Assembly: GCA_043808155.1 (NCBI GenBank)
Contig: JAZDFD010000002.1
Location: 1-11,534, forward strand
DNA from: Candidatus Iainarchaeum sp.
GTDB taxonomy: Archaea; Iainarchaeota; Iainarchaeia; Iainarchaeales; JAZDFD01
DNA: 11,534 nt
Direction of reading: 5' to 3'
Shown here piece after piece: positions 1 through 5,443 of this stretch. The notes beneath the pieces are model-generated. The model did not search any database. It saw nothing but the letters and a program-made list of their open reading frames with translations, and was not told the DNA's origin. Position 1 is the first letter of the stretch. Every line of letters starts with the position of its first letter. Both the position numbers and the translations under genes were made by a program.

Positions 1-178
1 ATAATAAGTCAAACACAGAATAGATGATTAAATGAAAAAACCAAAAATTCTTATCGGGCTTCTTCTACCATGAATTTCGTTCCCAAAAGAAGTCTTTTAT
101 CTCAAGCAAAAAAATATGAGACAAACCAAAAAATAGGTTCATAATAAAAGCTTCTTCCAAACCTTTAATAATTATAGT

Positions 179-298
179 TTGCTTGACATAGAGCAGCTAT
201 GCAAAGATGAGCTAAATTTCGGTTATTTTTGGTTTGGGGGAATAGTTCTTTTATTTAGTGTTTTTTTAACCTTGTTAATGTGGCTCATCAAAGTTTAA
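179..298 (+). CDS. possible small single-pass membrane protein (39 aa, TTG start)
   Basis: Manual translation MLDIEQLCKDELNFGYFWFGGIVLLFSVFLTLLMWLIKV*, with one clean hydrophobic helix. Not listed in the ORF track; no homolog recognised. Confidence 0.3.
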   Translation: MLDIEQLCKDELNFGYFWFGGIVLLFSVFLTLLMWLIKV

Positions 299-324
299 TA
301 AGGATTAATGCGTTTAGTTTTTGT

Positions 325-792
325 ATGAGTAGCTGGGCTAAAAACCTGTGGGATTTGGTTTTACTGCTATCACTAATATTCATTATTGTAGCGCTAGTGG
401 TAGAATTTTTTTTCCACGTGGATGAAAAAACTTTGAAATTGATTCATAATATTGATGTTCTTGCCCTGTCCTTTCTCTTTGTGGAACTGGCATATGATTT
501 TTACAGAGCAGAGGATAAGAAAAAGTTTGTTACAAAAGAGTGGTTGTTAATACTGAGTTTTTTGCCTTTTGGAACAATTTTTAGGATTGGAAGAATCTTT
601 AAAGCCTCGCGCGTTGTAACGTTTTTATCGAGTGCCGGGACAAGGATAGTGAGATTGCTCAGGTTAGAGAGTGTGGGGTTGAAAACAGCTCAATCAACGG
701 TTCATATTTCGAGAGCTTCTAGAATAATGAGGCCAATAGCACAGATCCTCAGAAAAAAAGACGAAAAATTAAGTGAGTTAAGGAAAAGATGA
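325..792 (+). CDS. ion-transport-family membrane protein, voltage-sensor (S1-S4)-like domain without a pore
   Basis: Hydrophobic helices with S2-like D...F..E, S3-like 'EWLLILSFLPF' and S4-like 'FRIGRIFKASRVV' (basic residue every third position). No GYG filter or S5-S6. ATG 325 preferred over GTG 280. Confidence 0.7.
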   Translation: MSSWAKNLWDLVLLLSLIFIIVALVVEFFFHVDEKTLKLIHNIDVLALSFLFVELAYDFYRAEDKKKFVTKEWLLILSFLPFGTIFRIGRIFKASRVVTFLSSAGTRIVRLLRLESVGLKTAQSTVHISRASRIMRPIAQILRKKDEKLSELRKR

Positions 793-798
793 ATTTAC

Positions 799-806
799 TT
801 TTTTTT
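799..806 (+). terminator. oligo-T archaeal terminator candidate
   Basis: T8 tract 6 nt after the TGA stop at 790-792. Confidence 0.4.
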
Positions 807-926
807 GAATTTTAACAATAGTCTAATAGTGGGTAAATCTCCAAAAGAGACGCAAAACCGTTGATTTTAATACATCGTCACTATCGAATACTGGGACTTA
901 ACAATTAGCATACCCACTGTCTAACA

Positions 927-2279
927 TCAAGGTTTATTAGCAGTATATTTCTTAACTAAAAAGAATGCCAAAACAAACCCTACAATAATCACAACAAGGA
1001 GGGCAATTATCTCAAAACCAAAAATAGGAAATTCTCCCTGAGGTTTTTGATTCTCAGTGTCTTTATTAGTAGAGTCTATAGACTCTGTCTCGCATTTTTG
1101 AAACAATAAAGGTTTGTTAGTGCCAGTTCCACAAGAACTCAAATCAGTGCATGTTCTTGACTGACGTCCATTCTCGCAAATACTCCACTCATCGCACTCC
1201 CATTCTTCAGTGCATGACACACAGTCCTGAGTTTCAATTGGTTTGTTGGTTTCAGTTCCGCAATCAGCTAAGTCCTTGCAGGTTCTTGACTGCGTTTCGC
1301 TGACACAAATACTCCAATCATCACAAGTCCATTCTTCAGTACAGGACTCAACACATGACTGCATCAAAGAAGGTTTGTTGTTTTCAGTTCCGCAAGAACT
1401 TAAATCAGTGCAGTCCCTAACCTGTTCGCCACTAATACAAGTTCCCCAATCAGTACAGTACCAATCTTCAGTGCAAATTTCTGACTCACATGATTGAAAT
1501 TCACTTTCAGCTGGCTTAAAAACAGTTGTTCCGCAGGCACTTGACTCAGTGCAGGTTTTTGTTCTGCTCTGTAAATTATCAATGCATTCACTCCAAGAAC
1601 TCCAGTCAGTGCAATACCAGTCTTCAGTGCAGAACTCGGGATCGCCTGCGACATCGGGGCTCAAATAAGTATCTTTTAACACAGCAACATTTGAAGTCAT
1701 ACCTACAAAAATTGTATCCACTTTAGTGCTGAAAATGTCGTCATATTCATAAATCTCACCTTCATCTATAATTCCGTCATCTACTTGACTACCGTCCTTA
1801 CTTAAAATAAGCCATGCTTTTTTAGGAGACGTTTCCAGATCAACTAACATCAAAGATATACTATAGCCTCCACAAACGTCCCATGTTTTACCTTCAATCA
1901 GTGTCTTTTTGTCAACAAAAAGTGAGTTAGAGCTTATGTTTGTATCATTCAGGCGAACAACTGTTGAATCCATTCCAGCAAATATTGTGCTAATTTTTGT
2001 GCTGAAAATTTCTTCATAAGTATACGTACCGCCTTCAGGCACAACTTCTTCATCTAATTGAACATTATCCTTGCTGAAAACAAGCCATACTGTTTTTGGG
2101 GAGTCTAAAGCATTAATTGCCATTACAGACAAACTGTAACCATAACAAAGCCCCCATGTTTCTTCTTCCGCCAAAATTGTTCCGCCTGGTCCAAGGGACA
2201 CTTTTGTTGCAGAAACCGCAGAAGCACATAACAAAATAACCAAAAATAAGAGAACGTAAATCAAAAGGTGTTTGTTCAT
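927..2279 (-). CDS. surface protein: signal peptide, 2x S-layer (Methanosarcinales-type) domains, 4x Cys/Trp TSP1-like repeats, C-terminal TM anchor
   Basis: Start moved to ATG 2279 (MNKHLLIY..., AAGGAG upstream). Duplicated domain 'GYS.S...D/N...SPK..WL..SKD....D.....EG..Y.Y..IFSTK..TIF.GM.S.V..L.DT'. Four 'CTE.W.C..W..C.....Q.R.C.....CGT...KP' repeats. Hydrophobic C-terminus followed by KK. Confidence 0.8.
   Translation of the reverse strand: MNKHLLIYVLLFLVILLCASAVSATKVSLGPGGTILAEEETWGLCYGYSLSVMAINALDSPKTVWLVFSKDNVQLDEEVVPEGGTYTYEEIFSTKISTIFAGMDSTVVRLNDTNISSNSLFVDKKTLIEGKTWDVCGGYSISLMLVDLETSPKKAWLILSKDGSQVDDGIIDEGEIYEYDDIFSTKVDTIFVGMTSNVAVLKDTYLSPDVAGDPEFCTEDWYCTDWSSWSECIDNLQSRTKTCTESSACGTTVFKPAESEFQSCESEICTEDWYCTDWGTCISGEQVRDCTDLSSCGTENNKPSLMQSCVESCTEEWTCDDWSICVSETQSRTCKDLADCGTETNKPIETQDCVSCTEEWECDEWSICENGRQSRTCTDLSSCGTGTNKPLLFQKCETESIDSTNKDTENQKPQGEFPIFGFEIIALLVVIIVGFVLAFFLVKKYTANKP
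1092..1631 (-). repeat. four intragenic tandem Cys-rich TSP1-like repeats (~43-52 aa each)
   Basis: Repeat-start Cys codons at 1631, 1475, 1343 and 1214; similarity visible at protein and DNA level. Confidence 0.85.
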
Positions 2280-2354
2280 GTCAAACAATAACACTCCTTT
2301 ATTTATAAATATTATGTACAAGTAAAAAATGCATTCTTCTGGGCACAAAACCAT

Positions 2355-2364
2355 AAACTTTTAA
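2355..2364 (+). promoter_or_regulatory. TATA-like promoter element of box C/D sRNA copy 1
   Basis: AAACTTTTAA, with TTTTAA starting 35 nt before box C. The identical 10-mer lies at nearly the same distance before copy 2 although the flanks differ. Confidence 0.65.
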
Positions 2365-2387
2365 CTAATCAGTATCACACAAGGTAT

Positions 2388-2457
2388 TAGGCGATGAAGA
2401 AGTTAACACCTAATGATGTCTTCGGGCAGATGATTATACAACTCAACGCTGAGCCTA
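2388..2457 (+). ncRNA. archaeal box C/D guide sRNA, copy 1
   Basis: Terminal stem TAGGC/GCCTA; box C ATGAAGA 2394-2400; 12-nt guide AGTTAACACCTA; D' ATGA 2413-2416; TGTC-TTCG-GGCA hairpin; C' ATGATTA 2430-2436; 12-nt guide TACAACTCAACG; box D CTGA 2449-2452. Confidence 0.85.
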
Positions 2458-2458
2458 T

Positions 2459-2545
2459 ACACGATTTCGATCGCGTGTCCCGAGTTAATTACAGTGGCAT
2501 TGAGCAAAACGAAATGCCACGCGGAGTGCCCGTACGCAATCGGGC
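2459..2545. repeat. GC-rich hairpin cluster downstream of sRNA copy 1, partly repeated at 5376-5433
   Basis: ACACGAT-TTCG-ATCGCGT + GTCCCGAGTTA (2459-2487); GTGGCATT-11nt-AATGCCAC (2494-2520); GCCCG-8nt-CGGGC (2528-2545). Confidence 0.75.
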
Positions 2546-2563
2546 CAACTCAACGCTGAGCCT
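2546..2563 (+). repeat. exact 18-bp direct repeat of the sRNA 3' end (2439-2456)
   Basis: CAACTCAACGCTGAGCCT at 2439-2456 and 2546-2563; a one-mismatch copy lies at 5358-5375. Confidence 0.9.
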
Positions 2564-2597
2564 GTTTACAAGTTCAAAGTGAAATTAGAAGAAATAG

Positions 2598-4517
2598 CTA
2601 TTTTCTTAATAATTTGCTGTTCTGAAAATATTTAATTGAATTAAATTTATTCTTTATTTTTTGAATAACTTTTGGGAATGGTATAAATCCTTTTTTCTTC
2701 CACCGCAGGAAATAAAGTATTACTCCTGAAAGGAACATAGAAATACTAAACAGAATTATTGTAGTAAGCAATATTAATAGTAGAGCAAAGCCTTCAAAAC
2801 CAGTATCAGTAATGTTAAGTGGTGAAATTGCAGATCCCGTTATTAAAGATTGGGAATCAGAAGCAGTTACATTTATTGTTTTTGAAGCAGTTCCTTTGTT
2901 GTTATACTCATCGGTTGTTTCAAAGTTTAAAATCCATTCTCCTTCTGGAGAGGAATTGTCTGTTTGATAGTTAAGAATGTAAAATCCTTCTTCATTACTT
3001 TTTCCAGTCAGGTTAGAAAGCTCAATATTTTCAGATAAAATACTCAAAATAACTGGCGCTTCAGTAGGTGTTGAACTTCTTTTTACAGTGCCGCTAATTT
3101 CAATAGTTTCTCCCAGAGCATAACTATCCTTATCTGTTAAAACTTCCAAATTAAGCACGGGGTCTACAATTATTTTTGTATTTGCTCCTTGTTGTGTGAC
3201 TGCAACTTTTGCCTCAACTGTAAATGTGTGTTCTTCTGCTTTGATACCTGTACCAATAAAAAAACTATTTCCATAAATTGAATCTCCCTCTGCACTGTCA
3301 TTATGTAAACCATCATCATACAAATTCTCTGTTCCAAAAAATCCTGTTGCTCTTACCCAGTCAACATCAGATGCAGAAAGGACAGAAGAATCTGCAGTAA
3401 TTTCAACTTTAACAATTAGAATTTCGCCTCTTGGAAATCTTGCACTGTCTTCCGGGCTGTAAAAATTAAAAGAAATTATTGCTGGATTTGGGCAATCTGT
3501 TCTGCAAGTGGTAAAATTTTCATTTTTATTTTCTTCACACAATGAATTCCCGCAGCAGTTATCACCGCAATCTACTACTTCAGGATGTAACTCTGAAAGT
3601 TCACTGCAGCTGCTTGTATCAAAACGTAAACAATCATAAAAACAAAAAAGATTACCGCTTCTGTAACCCTGACTTATGCATGTTTCACCGCCAAAATCAG
3701 TGCCATCGCATAATTCATCTGAATCTTTAATACCGTTGCCGCAGTCAGTAGCCTGGCTTGTACAGTTACTTGTGTCGAAAACTGAGCAGTCGCCCTGGCA
3801 TGTTAAGGTTCCAACATCAAAACCTTGACTCGTGCATGTTTCTTCATCCAAATCTGTTCCGTCACATGTTTCTCCAGTTTCTTTTGTGTTGTTACCGCAG
3901 ACAGTACATCCGCTTGAGTCAAAAGCTGAACAATCCCATTGACATGATAAAGTTCCTGCTGTAAAACCCTGGATTATGCAGGTTTCACTATCTAAATCTG
4001 TACCATCACAAACTTCAGTTCCTTCTTTTATGTTATCGCCGCAAACAATACCTAGATTCCAACTGCAACCACTCTGAGCTTCGCATGTTCCTTGTATTAA
4101 ATAATCAGCACAATCTGTGCATGTTCCAGAGCAAGCTCCGGGGTTCCATGCACAGCCACCAGAAGTGCATAAACTTTCATTAGCATTATAAGTTGGGCAG
4201 GGACTAGGAGTGCCTAAACATTTTCCAGAGGACGCATTCCAAAAACACCCGTGGTTTTCGCAATCTATTGAAGTAAGGAACGTGGAACAAGAATTTGGAT
4301 CGCCTGTACAGGAGCTTGTAGTCCAACTGCAGTCTTCCTGAACTGCGCATGTCCCTTGTATTGGGAATGCTGAACAAGCAGTACAGGTTCCTTCGCAGGT
4401 TTCCACGCCAGCTAAACTTATAAATGCGCTTGTGGGGATGTCTCCTTCAAATATAAAAAAGCCCAGTAACAAAATAAAGAGTACTGAAAAAACCAATATT
4501 AAGTGCCTATTATTCAT
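2598..4517 (-). CDS. large Cys-rich membrane-anchored surface protein with choice-of-anchor-X-like and Ig/MG2-like domains
   Basis: N-terminal hydrophobic helix; four C.G...C...C...C.W repeats; three 'CG.......E.CDGTD...ETC..QG...G.L.C..DC..FD.S.C' repeats (3606-4043); 'LYDDGLHNDSAEGDSIY'; 'TDKDSYALGETIEISGTV'; C-terminal TM plus basic tail; GGAGA RBS. Confidence 0.8.
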   Translation of the reverse strand: MNNRHLILVFSVLFILLLGFFIFEGDIPTSAFISLAGVETCEGTCTACSAFPIQGTCAVQEDCSWTTSSCTGDPNSCSTFLTSIDCENHGCFWNASSGKCLGTPSPCPTYNANESLCTSGGCAWNPGACSGTCTDCADYLIQGTCEAQSGCSWNLGIVCGDNIKEGTEVCDGTDLDSETCIIQGFTAGTLSCQWDCSAFDSSGCTVCGNNTKETGETCDGTDLDEETCTSQGFDVGTLTCQGDCSVFDTSNCTSQATDCGNGIKDSDELCDGTDFGGETCISQGYRSGNLFCFYDCLRFDTSSCSELSELHPEVVDCGDNCCGNSLCEENKNENFTTCRTDCPNPAIISFNFYSPEDSARFPRGEILIVKVEITADSSVLSASDVDWVRATGFFGTENLYDDGLHNDSAEGDSIYGNSFFIGTGIKAEEHTFTVEAKVAVTQQGANTKIIVDPVLNLEVLTDKDSYALGETIEISGTVKRSSTPTEAPVILSILSENIELSNLTGKSNEEGFYILNYQTDNSSPEGEWILNFETTDEYNNKGTASKTINVTASDSQSLITGSAISPLNITDTGFEGFALLLILLTTIILFSISMFLSGVILYFLRWKKKGFIPFPKVIQKIKNKFNSIKYFQNSKLLRK

Positions 4518-4551
4518 TATATCTCCATAAAATTTAATAGAGCTAAACTAA

Positions 4552-4559
4552 TATAAAAA
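4552..4559 (-). promoter_or_regulatory. TATA box candidate for the 2598-4517 gene
   Basis: Minus strand reads AAGC-TTTTTATA, about 35 nt upstream of ATG 4517. Confidence 0.4.
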
Positions 4560-4666
4560 GCTTGATTCAATATAGGGTAGCGAAAAGTTAGAATGTTGGC
4601 TATGCAACAACTTGTAGGATTGTAAAAAGCAAGGCTATTTAATTTCTCTGGTATTTAATTTGTTTA

Positions 4667-4888
4667 ATGAACAGAACACAGCTTTTTGGAGTAGTGCTTG
4701 TAATAATTGGATTGCTTTTGCTCATAGTTTTTCCAATTATTGGAATCTTTGCAGGGGAGTTTTTAATCCCGCTTTCGGTCGTTGGAGGATGGATTATTGC
4801 ACTAATTGGAGCATTGATTGTAATTGTTTCACTAGTATTTGAAAGATTGAATGACATAAAAAAAGAAAAGTTTGACAAAAGTTTTTGA
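4667..4888 (+). CDS. small two-TM membrane protein (73 aa), probably co-transcribed with the YbjQ-family gene
   Basis: Two hydrophobic helices and a charged C-terminal tail; the stop codon overlaps the GAGGTGA RBS of the next gene. Confidence 0.7.
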   Translation: MNRTQLFGVVLVIIGLLLLIVFPIIGIFAGEFLIPLSVVGGWIIALIGALIVIVSLVFERLNDIKKEKFDKSF

Positions 4889-4898
4889 GGTGAAAAAA

Positions 4899-5213
4899 AT
4901 GATTATCGTGAACACGGATTTCATTCAAGGAAAAGAAATAGTTGAAACCCTGGGAATTGTAAGGGGAAACACTATCAGAGCAAAACATGTTGGAAAAGAT
5001 ATTGTAGCTGGCTTAAGACAGCTTGTTGGCGGCGAATTAAAAGAGTACACCGAAATGCTCACAGAGGCAAGAAAAGAAGCAATGCAAAGAATGGTTGAAG
5101 ATGCAAAAGCCCTTGGAGCAGACGGAATAATTAACGTAAGATACACAACCTCGCAAGTAATGGCTTCAGCAGCAGAAATACTTGTCTACGGAACAGCAGT
5201 AAAACTAAGATAA
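4899..5213 (+). CDS. YbjQ/UPF0145 family putative heavy-metal-binding protein
   Basis: Family signature 'LGIVRG...HVGKDIVAGLRQLVGGELKEYTEMLTEARKEAMQRM...GADGIINVR...YGTAV'. ATG 4899 follows RBS GAGGTGA at 4887-4893. Confidence 0.93.
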   Translation: MIIVNTDFIQGKEIVETLGIVRGNTIRAKHVGKDIVAGLRQLVGGELKEYTEMLTEARKEAMQRMVEDAKALGADGIINVRYTTSQVMASAAEILVYGTAVKLR

Positions 5214-5249
5214 AGACACAAACTAATTTTACCAAAAAACAGCACTAGC

Positions 5250-5259
5250 AAACTTTTAA
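5250..5259 (+). promoter_or_regulatory. TATA-like promoter element of box C/D sRNA copy 2
   Basis: AAACTTTTAA, with TTTTAA starting 36 nt before box C; same motif as 2355-2364. Confidence 0.65.
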
Positions 5260-5284
5260 ACTCATATCCAATCATCTTATTTTC

Positions 5285-5375
5285 AGGCAATGATGATGTT
5301 AACACCTACCGAATCTTTTTGGTCAAGCTTTTTGCTTGCAAAAAGGTTGTGACGAAACAACTCAACACTGAGCCT
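5285..5375 (+). ncRNA. archaeal box C/D guide sRNA, copy 2 (extended D'-C' hairpin)
   Basis: Terminal stem AGGC/GCCT; box C ATGATGA 5290-5296; guide TGTTAACACCTA; D' CCGA 5309-5312; 36-nt internal region with a hairpin; C' GTGACGA 5349-5355; guide AACAACTCAACA; box D CTGA 5368-5371. Confidence 0.85.
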
Positions 5376-5433
5376 ACACGGTTTCGACCGTGTGTCCCGA
5401 GTTATGTGTGGGTTTTCGTAAACTCAAACCCAC
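5376..5433. repeat. hairpin module downstream of sRNA copy 2
   Basis: Perfect ACACGGT-TTCG-ACCGTGT + GTCCCGAGTTA (5376-5404), then GTGGGTTT-10nt-AAACCCAC (5408-5433). Confidence 0.75.
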
Positions 5434-5443
5434 GATAATAAAA

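Noticed and set aside
1-178. Coding fragment or stop-codon readthrough at the window start
   Set aside because: The frames I translated close quickly and give no recognisable protein; the other genes use the standard code.
2280-2354. N-terminal extensions in the ORF track (also 280-324, 4872-4898, 9179-9235)
   Set aside because: Downstream ATGs have better RBS or signal-peptide context; the extensions run through promoter DNA or an upstream gene.
2441-2490. Integron attC site (ACTCAAC ... GTTAATT around a hairpin)
   Set aside because: The putative R'' and R' boxes are not complementary beyond AAC/GTT, no L boxes are evident, and no integrase is visible.
2394-2582. 62-aa ORF from the ORF track
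   Set aside because: Its ATG is box C of the sRNA. The paralogous locus at 5290 conserves RNA motifs but not a full-length reading frame.
2439-5375. CRISPR array based on the three CAACTCAAC(G/A)CTGAGCCT copies
   Set aside because: The repeat is only 18 bp, spacing is irregular (107 bp, then about 2.8 kb), and no cas genes are present.
5376-5404. tRNA fragment or self-cleaving ribozyme suggested by the TTCGA hairpin
   Set aside because: The loop is 4 nt rather than a 7-nt T-loop, there is no cloverleaf, and I could not find a hammerhead or HDV-like core by eye.
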